From a virus: 64,000 bases of DNA. The notes beneath the pieces were generated by a model, which did not search any database, was not told the origin of the DNA, and saw only the letters and a list, made by a program, of their open reading frames with translations. Position numbers and translations under genes: made by a program. Below are positions 29,020 through 37,511 of this stretch, piece by piece (the stretch's first letter is position 1; every line of letters begins with the position of its first letter). Location: IMG/VR virus record IMGVR_UViG_3300029543_000197, positions 950 through 64,949 of that record; one strand, given 5' to 3'.

Positions 29020-29444
29020 AAAGCTCTGTCCAATGTGGCAATTTACTATTGCGTTCCAAAAGTCCGAAGGGTGGCGTTTTTAGGGCGTTTTTAGGGCAAG
29101 AAAATCTCCCGGAAGAGTTTCCGCAAAAAAGATGTCGGTACTTTTTCAGGAGGTCTAAAATCTGGATGCTGAAAAATGAGTCAATTTCAGCGTCCTTTTT
29201 TGATGCGATTTTGCTGTGTGAATAATACTATAATAATGAGCTGTAATATCGCTGTGCGTTTGTATGTGGCTGTATCCGGCACTATTTACAGACGTTTGAT
29301 AATTTGGTTGTCTGCATAAGAAAACGCCTTAAACCGTCAAATACAAGCTTATAGATACAATTACCATACTACAAAAGTAATATAAATTCAATTCCATTTT
29401 TGCTTGATCCGTGATATTATACACTCGTGAAAGGAGGCTGCACC

Positions 29445-29876
29445 ATGGATAAAAAGCAAATCTGCATCAAATTCGCTCGGGAAATCTGCGATATATTGGA
29501 TATATCTGTACCTGCTATTAAATTCGTGTCTGCTGATCGGATGCAGACCAGCACGCAAATAGCGGCATTAACACCGGATGCGATACTAATCCGGGATGAT
29601 ATGACCGTATCGCCTGAGCTGTTCTTTGCGATCTCTCACGAGCTGCGGCATTCTTATCAGATCGCCAACGGTGCAGACCTGAAAGGATACCAAGCAAGCG
29701 ATAAAATTAGCGTCGAACAGTACAATCTGCAATCGCTGGAAGTAGATGCAAATGCATTTTCCGCTCTGGTTATGTCTGACTTCTTTGGAATTGTTCCACG
29801 TTTTCAGAATCTGCCGGAATCAGTCAAGGTCGCAATAAATGACCGCATGAAGCAGATACAAAAAGAATATAGGTAA
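29445..29876 (+). CDS. HExxH metallopeptidase-like protein (ImmA/IrrE-like)
   Basis: AAAGGAGG RBS before the ATG at 29445; SHELRH motif. GC is higher than in the surrounding phage. Confidence 0.45.
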   Translation: MDKKQICIKFAREICDILDISVPAIKFVSADRMQTSTQIAALTPDAILIRDDMTVSPELFFAISHELRHSYQIANGADLKGYQASDKISVEQYNLQSLEVDANAFSALVMSDFFGIVPRFQNLPESVKVAINDRMKQIQKEYR

Positions 29877-29884
29877 ACGCCAAT

Positions 29885-29922
29885 AAGCCAATGCCGGAAA
29901 AGTCGGTGTTGGCTTTATTTTT
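29885..29922. terminator. Bidirectional terminator hairpin
   Basis: AAGCCAATGCCGG...CGGTGTTGGCTT stem flanked by T-runs, between convergent genes. Confidence 0.5.
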
Positions 29923-30292
29923 ACAGGATATTAACCTCTGCCCGGTGCGGAATATGCTGCAACAACTCCGCCGGGCCCGTGATCTGAACATCTGATAGCG
30001 GTATATTCTCGCCATCTCTGACAAGTAAGCAGGTTAGTTGGATTGCTCCAACCTGCTTAACTGATCTTGTCAGTATGTGCTGCAAGTGGGATATGCTGCC
30101 GGATTGAGATGTGGCCGGGGCATCCTCCCAATATACGCAGTCGCATTCTGCATTTTTTATTGACTGGTACAGAATCAACCATTCTTTTTCTGCGATACTG
30201 TCCAGCCTGTCAACCTCTTCAAATGTTCTTTCCCCTTTTAATGCTTCAATAAGCATCTTCTGGGGTGCTTTTTCTATGATTTTCGTCCGCAT
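29921..30292 (-). CDS. Hypothetical protein (last gene of the leftward operon)
   Basis: Met at 30292 is preceded by AGGGAG; the track ORF extends to 30316. GC is about 50 percent. Confidence 0.4.
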   Translation of the reverse strand: MRTKIIEKAPQKMLIEALKGERTFEEVDRLDSIAEKEWLILYQSIKNAECDCVYWEDAPATSQSGSISHLQHILTRSVKQVGAIQLTCLLVRDGENIPLSDVQITGPAELLQHIPHRAEVNIL

Positions 30293-30332
30293 TTTATTCA
30301 CTCCCTTTTTTCGCATTGGAAAAAGCCGGAAA

Positions 30333-30524
30333 TTATCCGGCTAATTCCTTTTTAACCTTTTCAGCCACTCTTTCTATGTCTTCGAGTAGCTGTGCTACTT
30401 CACTGGCAGAATCAAGATCGCTTTTCTGCCAGTTATGCAGGTTTTCTTGTCTGTATCCAGCTGTCAACTGGATTAGCTGACATAACCGGCGTGCTTCTGT
30501 GTCGGTCAACGTAAACTTTTTCAT
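30333..30524 (-). CDS. Small hypothetical protein
   Basis: 63-aa ORF. Confidence 0.35.
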   Translation of the reverse strand: MKKFTLTDTEARRLCQLIQLTAGYRQENLHNWQKSDLDSASEVAQLLEDIERVAEKVKKELAG

Positions 30525-30539
30525 CTTCCCGCCGCCTTT

Positions 30540-30743
30540 CTAGTTTAATGCTTTGTCAATTCCTTCCGCTAAGTGTGGAAATGCTTCTTGCACTTCTTGC
30601 ATCGTGTCCGCTTCATAGTCTCCGATGCACTTATTATCCCTGTAGAGATTGCCACAGTACACGCAATCTAAATCACTAAAACTCCAATCTATTCCGGTTA
30701 CTTCTTCCGGCTTGTGGCTGTACCACATGTCAATATTAATCAT
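30540..30743 (-). CDS. Small zinc-finger-like hypothetical protein
   Basis: CVYCGNLYRDNKC motif. Confidence 0.35.
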   Translation of the reverse strand: MINIDMWYSHKPEEVTGIDWSFSDLDCVYCGNLYRDNKCIGDYEADTMQEVQEAFPHLAEGIDKALN

Positions 30744-30822
30744 GCTCTTTCCCTTTCTAGTCTGCCATCATCAGAGCCGGGAGACTGTCCCGCGGCTGAC
30801 GGTCATTTCTGACCGTTTCGGC

Positions 30823-30984
30823 TTATATGTGCTCAATCCTAAATCTTTCTCTTGTGTCTTTCGGAAGAACAAGGTTAATAAAATCTTCCGCAAGAACTAA
30901 AGTGTCAAACTGTGCCACTTCCCTGTCAAATGGCTTTTCGAATTTGCTCGTGTAGCATGTTTCTACGACTTTCCACTTCATCAT
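30823..30984 (-). CDS. Small hypothetical protein (53 aa)
   Basis: GAGGG RBS; below the track cutoff. Confidence 0.3.
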   Translation of the reverse strand: MMKWKVVETCYTSKFEKPFDREVAQFDTLVLAEDFINLVLPKDTRERFRIEHI

Positions 30985-31073
30985 ATTAAATCCCTCACTT
31001 TCATAGAATTATGATTTTCTTTTTCTGTCCTCTGCATTTCTTAAAATCTCTTTCATATTGTCCGCTGTCCTTT

Positions 31074-31433
31074 CTATGCTGTAATTCTTTCGAATATTTC
31101 AATTGTTAATTCCGCAAGTGCACGCTTTTTGTTTGATGTGTACCCCTTTCTTTTGCTCTTAAGTGCTTTTCTTGCGGTTGCTAAGTTGTTAATTCCCCAA
31201 CTTGCCGCCGCCCTTAATTTCTCCACTTCCTCAGGAACTAACTTAATGGCTTTTAATGTGTACTGGTTGATTCTGTAATCATCTTTATCGCCCGGGTGTA
31301 AGTCCTGAGCTAGTGGGATATAATCATCATGCCCCATGTTTTCGCCTATGTTCCAAACGAAATAATTTGACGGGATTTTTTCAACAACCTCGAATTCGTG
31401 CTGATTGAATATGCTTTTGTCTTTTATTGTCAT
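31074..31433 (-). CDS. Hypothetical protein
   Basis: 119-aa ORF. Confidence 0.4.
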   Translation of the reverse strand: MTIKDKSIFNQHEFEVVEKIPSNYFVWNIGENMGHDDYIPLAQDLHPGDKDDYRINQYTLKAIKLVPEEVEKLRAAASWGINNLATARKALKSKRKGYTSNKKRALAELTIEIFERITA

Positions 31434-31529
31434 TTGCTTTTACCTTTGCCATATGTTACTATATGACTACCTTTCTTTTTTGATTGGTGCCGCCGTAGTC
31501 TTGTAGGATGTCCGGCGGCTTTTACTTTT

Positions 31530-31709
31530 TCACTCTTCCTCGTCCTCTACTTCATACTCTTTGTAGAGGGCAATCCATTCTGCGGGCGTCAACATATCCT
31601 CTCGGTCTTTCATCTTAAGCAGGTACGACAAGACGTACGCTGCTGAATATGGGATCATCGTCAATAGAGCTACCAAAATGATCATTATCTTTTTTATTGT
31701 CTTTTTCAT
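31530..31709 (-). CDS. Small secreted or membrane protein (59 aa), first gene of the leftward operon
   Basis: N-terminal MKKTIKKIMIILVALLTMIPYSAA (signal/TM-like) and an acidic C-terminus. Confidence 0.35.
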   Translation of the reverse strand: MKKTIKKIMIILVALLTMIPYSAAYVLSYLLKMKDREDMLTPAEWIALYKEYEVEDEEE

Positions 31710-31869
31710 TTTTGTTCCCTCCGTTTTTCTTTCTTTTTTTCTGCGACTGCCTCAGGTTTTTCAATTAATCAGATCGCTTGCTTATGTCCTCATTGTATTG
31801 AGTGGTTCAGGGCGTCCGGTTGTTTGTCCTGTGTGGCTGTTGCTGTATCTCGTTTACAGTTATTATAAT

Positions 31870-32000
31870 ACATGAAATATCATGTAATTGCAATATTATA
31901 AATACACTAAATATCATGTATTTGATAATTCAGTATTTGTGCATTTTACACTAAATAACATGTAATTGACTTTACAATAAAAACCATGTATAATTTTATT
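31870..32000. promoter_or_regulatory. Second genetic-switch operator array
   Basis: Four direct copies of about AAATA(T/A)CATGTA(A/T)TTG at about 31874, 31909, 31953 and 31980. The last overlaps a TATAAT -10 for the 32019 gene. An inverted copy lies at 32286-32299. Confidence 0.55.
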
Positions 32001-32018
32001 GAAAATAGGAGGTAGAAA

Positions 32019-32246
32019 ATGATTACTTATAAAATAGATGTATTAGAATCATTAAAAGAAGCCGGATATAATACGACTAGATTAAGAAAAGAAAAGCTTT
32101 TAAATGAAAGCGCTATACAATATCTAAGAAGTGGCAAGCCCGTTGGAGCTAAAGCATTAAATAATATTTGCATGTTGTTGGATATGCAGCCGGGAAATAT
32201 TATAAAATATGTAGAAGACGACAACACGATAAAAGATGTAAAATAA
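32019..32246 (+). CDS. Small HTH DNA-binding regulator (Cro/CI-like)
   Basis: AGGAGG RBS; HTH region LLNESAIQYLRSGKPVGAKALNNICMLL; flanked by operator repeats. Confidence 0.55.
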   Translation: MITYKIDVLESLKEAGYNTTRLRKEKLLNESAIQYLRSGKPVGAKALNNICMLLDMQPGNIIKYVEDDNTIKDVK

Positions 32247-32281
32247 AATAATATTTACATTATAAATAATGTATTTTAATA

Positions 32282-32340
32282 TTGACAATTACATGATATA
32301 TAATGTATAATAATGCTTGTAAGGAACAAATCTTACAAGT
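32282..32340 (+). promoter_or_regulatory. Promoter/operator plus perfect 8-bp hairpin downstream of the HTH gene
   Basis: TTGACA...TATAAT with an embedded inverted operator copy (CAATTACATGATAT), then CTTGTAAGgaacaaatCTTACAAG. Confidence 0.4.
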
Positions 32341-32379
32341 TACCGAGGCAAGCGGAGAAAGGAGAAAAACGTGGAAGAT

Positions 32380-32526
32380 ATGAGCGTATTCAAAAGTTAT
32401 TTAAGAAGACTTCTACAGGATTTAAAAGACTTGAAAGAAGCACTGAAAAACAAAGAATATGATAAGGCTGAAAAGATGGTTGATCGCCTTATTGATGATA
32501 CTCAAAGCGGTATCGAAGACAACTAA
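32380..32526 (+). CDS. Small hypothetical protein (48 aa)
   Basis: AAAGGAGAAAAAC RBS; an alternative GTG start lies at 32371. Confidence 0.3.
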   Translation: MSVFKSYLRRLLQDLKDLKEALKNKEYDKAEKMVDRLIDDTQSGIEDN

Positions 32527-32646
32527 AAAAGAGCCGTAACAAACGACTCAGGAACACAAGAGAGGGCGGAACTTGCCACCGCTCTCAAGTAATTAGATTA
32601 TAGCGGATTGGATAAAATAAATCAATTACAAGAAAGGAAAATAGAT

Positions 32647-32835
32647 ATGAAAAAATATGAATTTACCGGAACGAACGAGCTTACAAGAAAAGCTTTTGAA
32701 GTATACAGCGATAGTTCTTTTACATTCTGGAAAGATGGCGACAACTTTTATTATTCAGACAATCCGAACAGCGAAAAAGTAGAGCTTGGATCACTGGAAG
32801 ATGTAAACGAATTTCTTGAACGGTTTGCAGAGTAG
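32647..32835 (+). CDS. Small hypothetical protein
   Basis: ATG at 32647; the track ORF runs from 32608. Confidence 0.35.
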   Translation: MKKYEFTGTNELTRKAFEVYSDSSFTFWKDGDNFYYSDNPNSEKVELGSLEDVNEFLERFAE

Positions 32836-32849
32836 AGGAGGACGACAGG

Positions 32850-33140
32850 GTGAAGATAAAAGGAATTGGAACCATAGCAAAAAACAAGGCTATGGAGATA
32901 TTGACCGCAGAGGGCAGAAAAGCCGTTAGAAGCGGAGATATAACCACGGAAGAGCTGGCAGAAATGTACAAGTTGCAAAAGGTCAAAGAGGCTTGTGCAA
33001 TCGGTACTTGTACCGACAACTTCAACAATTCTTATAAGTGGGTGCCGGATGAACTAAAAGAAAATCTAACACCGGACCAGCTCGGACGGCTCACAGAATC
33101 GTTTTACGAATGTTATAGAGCTGGAAAAAATGATGTGTAA
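32850..33140 (+). CDS. Hypothetical protein
   Basis: AGGAGG RBS; 96 aa. Confidence 0.4.
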   Translation: MKIKGIGTIAKNKAMEILTAEGRKAVRSGDITTEELAEMYKLQKVKEACAIGTCTDNFNNSYKWVPDELKENLTPDQLGRLTESFYECYRAGKNDV

Positions 33141-33143
33141 ACG

Positions 33144-33174
33144 AATAAGAGCGGGGTTTTGCCCCGCTCTTATT
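33144..33174 (+). terminator. Rho-independent terminator (perfect 13-bp stem)
   Basis: AATAAGAGCGGGGttttgCCCCGCTCTTATT. Confidence 0.6.
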
Positions 33175-33379
33175 CTCACGTTAAAATATTCAATCCGTGT
33201 GACACCGACATCATTTTGAATGCCATTATTTCAATCCTTGCCCGGCGGAATTGCTGCCGGAACCGCATCGGAAAGCGTCCATTCCGTGCGACAGCATTAT
33301 AATATCATAGCTAATCTGATTAGTCAAGATATGCAGCTCTTTGGGGCTGTCTTTTTTGCACTTCCAGAGAGTGAAATAT

Positions 33380-33485
33380 GCTTGGTATACCAGTTTGTAA
33401 CCGGTTGGTCTACCACTTGGAAACCCAGAGAAGAATAGAAAAGAGAAGAGAAGAATAGAAAAGAATATATATTATATCTTGTGCA
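33380..33485. repeat. Second copy of the ori-like repeat block (intergenic)
   Basis: The 29-nt core is identical to 12513-12541, followed by related AGAAGAATAGAAAAGAGAAGAG iterons. A hairpin TTGTGCATttcgcaagctgATGCACAA plus a T-run follows at 33476-33513. Confidence 0.5.
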
Positions 33486-33711
33486 TTTCGCAAGCTGATG
33501 CACAACTTTTTTGATTGGGGTTGACACGTGCGGAATATTAGATTAATATATTAACCAGACAAAGTGAATAGGCGGTATATAGCCAGATTATAATAATATA
33601 TACATTTCTTGGTAGTCCTTAGAGACCGTGACCCGTAAAGCAGATATACGTTACTGCATACGGCGATCGGTCTTTTTTATTTATATTTTTACAGTTTGGA
33701 GGTGAACGGAA

Positions 33712-34317
33712 ATGAAAGATAATACAGACATTACGTCTACTGGGATAGAGATATATAGACATGACATTAATTATTACGCCGATGAATATATCAAAAATGA
33801 ATTAGAGTTAGATCATGTAGATCAGGAGAGTAAAAAAATCGTAAAAGATAGCTTTGTAGATATGCTTTTTTATATTTCAGACCGTATATCTAAGCCAGAT
33901 AATGCAGACATAAAAGCATTAGATAATATATTTAGTGTGTATGTAAGACTATGCAGTAAATATTCAGTTAATCCAACATTGGAAGCATTTAGCTTTTTAG
34001 TGAATATAGACAGAACAACGTTTAATACTTGGCTTAATGGGAGATATCGGACAGCTGAACACTCCGACACGGTCAAAAAATGGTTGAATATTTGCAAAGG
34101 TTTTTTGGTCGACAATTTGGGAAATTCCAAGGGGACAGATGCGAACAAAATATTCATTGCAAAAGCTGCTTACGGAATGGCGGAGACAAAAGCAGTAGAG
34201 CATGAACAGATTACTGGAGCGAAAAAGAGTATTGAACAAATCGCTGCCGACATCGGAGCAGATCCCAAAGCACTTCCAGGTGATGCGGATACAGATGATC
34301 CGGTTGACTTATTTTAA
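33712..34317 (+). CDS. Hypothetical protein, candidate terminase small subunit
   Basis: 201 aa. It lies downstream of the ori/pac-like structured region and has a helical, basic middle; the TerS assignment is speculative. Confidence 0.3.
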   Translation: MKDNTDITSTGIEIYRHDINYYADEYIKNELELDHVDQESKKIVKDSFVDMLFYISDRISKPDNADIKALDNIFSVYVRLCSKYSVNPTLEAFSFLVNIDRTTFNTWLNGRYRTAEHSDTVKKWLNICKGFLVDNLGNSKGTDANKIFIAKAAYGMAETKAVEHEQITGAKKSIEQIAADIGADPKALPGDADTDDPVDLF

Positions 34318-34584
34318 CAAGCGTGTAGCACATAATGCTAAACTAAAATTAAATAACAATATATTGTGTTTGTTCAAAATAGCATACAAAATATAGTACA
34401 TAATCTATACTGAAAATGGTTATTTATCGTATAGATACATATGTTCGGGTTGCTGATGCACCGCTTGCATTTTAGCATTGCTTGTTGCTGGAGGTCCCCC
34501 CGGCAGGGGTTGTAGTGGATGGTACACCCGGCACAGCCTCACCCCGAAAAATAACGACCAAAAACAAAAAGGCTCTTTTGGAGG

Positions 34585-34818
34585 ATGGATATGTTAGTTA
34601 AAATCACGATGATATTAGTCGTCATCAGCATTGCACTTACGATAATCTCAAAAATGTATTTAAGGACGCTAAATGTTGCAGATCGGTTGAGGATTGTCTT
34701 GAAAAACGAATACAAAAAGGGAGAGGAAATACTCTTTGCCCTGCTCGGATGTGCCTACATGGTTACGTTCGCGATGGTAGTTGTAACAATTATCAGTTTA
34801 ATTATTAAGTGTCTGTAG
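34585..34818 (+). CDS. Small membrane protein (2 TM)
   Basis: Hydrophobic N- and C-terminal helices. Confidence 0.4.
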   Translation: MDMLVKITMILVVISIALTIISKMYLRTLNVADRLRIVLKNEYKKGEEILFALLGCAYMVTFAMVVVTIISLIIKCL

Positions 34819-34841
34819 GATACGTTTTGAAAGGATAACGA

Positions 34842-35162
34842 ATGACAACAGTAAATATTCTTGGAACTGAATACAAGGTTTATCGGGAGCCGTTTAAGGA
34901 CAAAGATGTTGATGGTTACTGTGATTATACGTCAAAAGAAATTAAAATCAGGGATGATAACGTCAATGAGGTTGGTGATTTCGATGGGTTGATGAGAAAG
35001 CAGTTGCGACACGAAATCATTCACGCTTTCCTCGCTGAAAGTGGTTTGCAAGCCAATTATGAGCATTACAGACAATTTGGACATGACGAAACTATTGTTG
35101 ACTGGTTCGCTATTCAGTTCCCGAAGATGATTAAAGCGTTTGAGAGCGTGAATGCGATTTGA
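34842..35162 (+). CDS. HExxH metallopeptidase-like protein
   Basis: LRHEIIHAFL motif. Confidence 0.4.
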   Translation: MTTVNILGTEYKVYREPFKDKDVDGYCDYTSKEIKIRDDNVNEVGDFDGLMRKQLRHEIIHAFLAESGLQANYEHYRQFGHDETIVDWFAIQFPKMIKAFESVNAI

Positions 35163-35172
35163 TGAGGTGAAT

Positions 35173-35370
35173 ATGGATAATACGATTTATGGGGATGTTA
35201 AGTTCATCATTCCAACGTATGTAGTCGAAACAAAAAAAGGTGAGTATCACGTTAGTGGCACTATGTGTTCGATAGATACGGAACTGGGCATCATCTGTTT
35301 TTATGATAATGGATCTGTGCAAGCTATGTTTCGGATAGAAGATGTAAAAGCTTTTTGGAGGATTACCTAG
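35173..35370 (+). CDS. Small hypothetical protein
   Basis: ATG after GAGGTG. Confidence 0.3.
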   Translation: MDNTIYGDVKFIIPTYVVETKKGEYHVSGTMCSIDTELGIICFYDNGSVQAMFRIEDVKAFWRIT

Positions 35371-35663
35371 TGAGCGAGAAGGATGAAAGCAAGTATGCAT
35401 ATGGCGGTGTGCCACCTACAGGAGAATTTTACGTGCAAGGAAGTCTGATTCAGGATGACCTGATTCATGATATTTCCAAAGAACTGGTTGCTGATGCCGA
35501 CATAAAAGTTGGTGAAGGGAAAATTGCCAATGAGTTCGAGGTTTCTTTTAGCTTTGAAGCGGAAACTTTGAAAAAGACATTTGCTTGGAAAGTATTGTTC
35601 GGTTCAAACAACTGGAGAAAATATCATGGTTTCAGAATGAGGAGGAAGAAGAAATGTGGGTAA
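35370..35663 (+). CDS. Hypothetical protein
   Basis: GTG start overlapping the upstream stop (TAGTG). Confidence 0.35.
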   Translation: MSEKDESKYAYGGVPPTGEFYVQGSLIQDDLIHDISKELVADADIKVGEGKIANEFEVSFSFEAETLKKTFAWKVLFGSNNWRKYHGFRMRRKKKCG

Positions 35664-35800
35664 TATTTCTTCTGTCCGTGCTTGCATTTAGCATAATCGC
35701 AATCGCAGTTGCATGGATAGGAAATAAGGTTTATCTCAGCATGAAAAGAGATGAAGCAAGGATAAAGAAGGAAATTGAAAAGGAGAACAAGGAAGAATGA
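35654..35800 (+). CDS. Small single-TM protein (48 aa) coupled to the SPFH gene
   Basis: AGGAGGAAGAAG RBS; MWVIFLLSVLAFSIIAIAVAWIG transmembrane helix plus a charged tail; overlaps the SPFH start. Confidence 0.45.
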   Translation: MWVIFLLSVLAFSIIAIAVAWIGNKVYLSMKRDEARIKKEIEKENKEE

Positions 35801-36657
35801 AAAAGGGCGTACTTATTGGAATTATTGCGGCAGTAGCAATTACAGGTGGAATTTTCACAGTCAGATCTTGCAAATTTATTGACACAGGAAAAGTTGGAAT
35901 TGTATACAACTACAAAGACGGAGTTCAGAAAGAAACACTTTCTCCTGGACTGAATTTCGTATCCCCGTTTAAAAAAGTAAAACAGTTTTCCACAAGTAAT
36001 GAGATTCTCGTAATGTCAAAGGATAAGCGTGAGGGTAGTAAGGGTGATGACTCTTTTAAGGTTGCCACATCTGATGACGCAAGTATCTCTGTGAGTTTTC
36101 AGATGTCATACAGATACAATCCGGATACCGTAGTTGATACATACAAAAGGTTTCGCGGAATGGATGGAGATGACATTGTAGAAAGTCGTGTAAAAACTGT
36201 CCTGAAATCAAAAATTTCCGAAGTGACAACTGATTATTCTATGATGGATATCTATTCCGGCAATAGATCGCAGCTTAACACTGAAATTACAGAATATCTG
36301 AACAAAGAATTTAGCAAGAGCTATGGAATTGAAGTCCTTGATGCGTCAATTATTGATGTACACCCAGACAAGAAACTTAAGGCATCTATTGATAGCAGGG
36401 TAACTGCATTACAGGAAAAACAGCAGGCAGAGGCTGAACAGCAGAAAATCAAGGTTCAGAAAGAGACTGAAAAATTACAGGCGGAGGCTGATGCAGAAAT
36501 TGAGATTACGAAAGCAAAGGCAGAGGCAGAGTCGAACAAAATTGTCAGTGAATCAATCACTGATGAGCTTATCAGAATGAAAGAAGCCGAAGCCAGAAAC
36601 AAATTCGGATGGGTTACTGTTCAGGGAGCGGATACGGTAGTAACCGATAACAAATAG
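35797..36657 (+). CDS. SPFH/Band-7 (stomatin/prohibitin/HflK-C-like) membrane protein
   Basis: N-terminal transmembrane helix, SPFH core and a C-terminal coiled coil (QQAEAEQQKIKVQKETEKLQAEADAEIEITKAKAEAES). Confidence 0.65.
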   Translation: MKKGVLIGIIAAVAITGGIFTVRSCKFIDTGKVGIVYNYKDGVQKETLSPGLNFVSPFKKVKQFSTSNEILVMSKDKREGSKGDDSFKVATSDDASISVSFQMSYRYNPDTVVDTYKRFRGMDGDDIVESRVKTVLKSKISEVTTDYSMMDIYSGNRSQLNTEITEYLNKEFSKSYGIEVLDASIIDVHPDKKLKASIDSRVTALQEKQQAEAEQQKIKVQKETEKLQAEADAEIEITKAKAEAESNKIVSESITDELIRMKEAEARNKFGWVTVQGADTVVTDNK

Positions 36658-36806
36658 TCAGTAAAGACTTTAAAATCTCCAACTACTGCTTGAGGAACAA
36701 AAGAGCGGCGTGTAGGTTGGCGGTAAGACGATACGATACTTAAATAACCGCATAGTGCAACGCACAGCACGATAAATATTGCTGCTAACTGTCAGATGGC
36801 GGTTGC

Positions 36807-36890
36807 TGGTGGATATGCAAGTGGTTAAAGCAGGCTGACTGTAAATCAGATGTCCGTGTGACTTCGTGGGTTCAAATCCTACTCCACCAA
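36807..36890 (+). tRNA. tRNA-Tyr (anticodon GTA), long variable arm
   Basis: Manual fold: a 7/7-bp acceptor stem, GACTGTAAATC anticodon loop and a GGGTTCAAATCC T-arm. Confidence 0.6.
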
Positions 36891-36992
36891 TTCCAGTGAG
36901 TGGCGACACTGGGACCTCCTTTTTATATGTATGAGTGACTGGTTTCTTTGCGGTGCGGAGAGTAATTGAATGGCGATTCACCCAGTCAGTAT

Positions 36993-37075
36993 GCCGTATT
37001 CCCATAATGGTATTGGAGATGCTTGCTAAGCATTCAGTCGGAAACGACTTGGAGGTTCGACTCCTCCATACGGCG
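36993..37075 (+). tRNA. tRNA-Ser (anticodon GCT), long variable arm
   Basis: Perfect 7-bp acceptor (GCCGTAT/ATACGGC), 3-bp D stem, loop TTGCTAA, variable-arm hairpin AGTCGgaaaCGACT and T-arm GGAGGttcgactCCTCC. Confidence 0.65.
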
Positions 37076-37076
37076 T

Positions 37077-37148
37077 TGCGGATTAGTGGAACGGTTACCA
37101 CGCAAGGCTCATAACCTTGAAAAGTCGGTTCAATTCCGACATTCGCCA
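37077..37148 (+). tRNA. tRNA-Met (anticodon CAT; elongator Met or lysidine-Ile2 type)
   Basis: Anticodon stem CAAGG/CCTTG with loop CTCATAA, D-stem GTGG/CCAC and T-arm GTCGGttcaattCCGAC. The 1-72 pair is mismatched. Confidence 0.5.
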
Positions 37149-37230
37149 TTTCTGAGTTTTGCTGTTCTCAGAATGCTTTATGTCATGACATGACGCTCCT
37201 TGTACTATCGCATTTTAAAAACAGCAATAT

Positions 37231-37304
37231 GCTATCATGGCTCAATCGGATAGAGCGGTTGACTATGGATCAACAGATTCCCGGTTCGACTCCGGGCGGT
37301 AGCT
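37231..37304 (+). tRNA. tRNA with atypical anticodon ATG (A34); His-codon reader or pseudo-tRNA
   Basis: Canonical cloverleaf: D stem GCTC/GAGC, anticodon stem GTTGA/TCAAC, loop CTATGGA, T-arm CCCGGttcgactCCGGG. The acceptor has one A-C mismatch. Confidence 0.45.
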
Positions 37305-37361
37305 CTCTCCGGGGAGTGGAATTTCCTGGAGACCTTTTTCTTTCATAGTGATTTTCCAGTG

Positions 37362-37433
37362 TACTGTATAGTTTAAGCGGCAGAATGATTAGCGAATGGC
37401 TAATAGGTTTCGGTTCGATTCCGAATGCAGTAA
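37362..37433 (+). tRNA. tRNA-like gene with a non-canonical anticodon loop (CGAATGG); possible pseudo-tRNA
   Basis: Good acceptor (TACTGTA/TGCAGTA) and T-arm (TTCGGttcgattCCGAA), but the D-arm is irregular and position 33 is G. Confidence 0.3.
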
Positions 37434-37439
37434 TTTTAT

Positions 37440-37510
37440 CGGGTAATAGCTCAACGGTAGAGCAACGGACTTTGACTCCGTATGTTGGGGTTCGATTCCC
37501 CATTACCTTG
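37440..37510 (+). tRNA. tRNA-Gln (anticodon TTG)
   Basis: D stem GCTC/GAGC, anticodon stem ACGGA/TCCGT, loop CTTTGAC, T-arm TGGGGttcgattCCCCA. Confidence 0.6.
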
Positions 37511-37511
37511 T

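Noticed and set aside
36670-37149. 159-aa minus-strand ORF in the track (MANVGIEPT...GFEPT...).
   Set aside because: It is the antisense translation of the + strand tRNA genes. GIEPT/GFEPT are the classic reverse-translated T-arm GGTTCGAnTCC artefacts.
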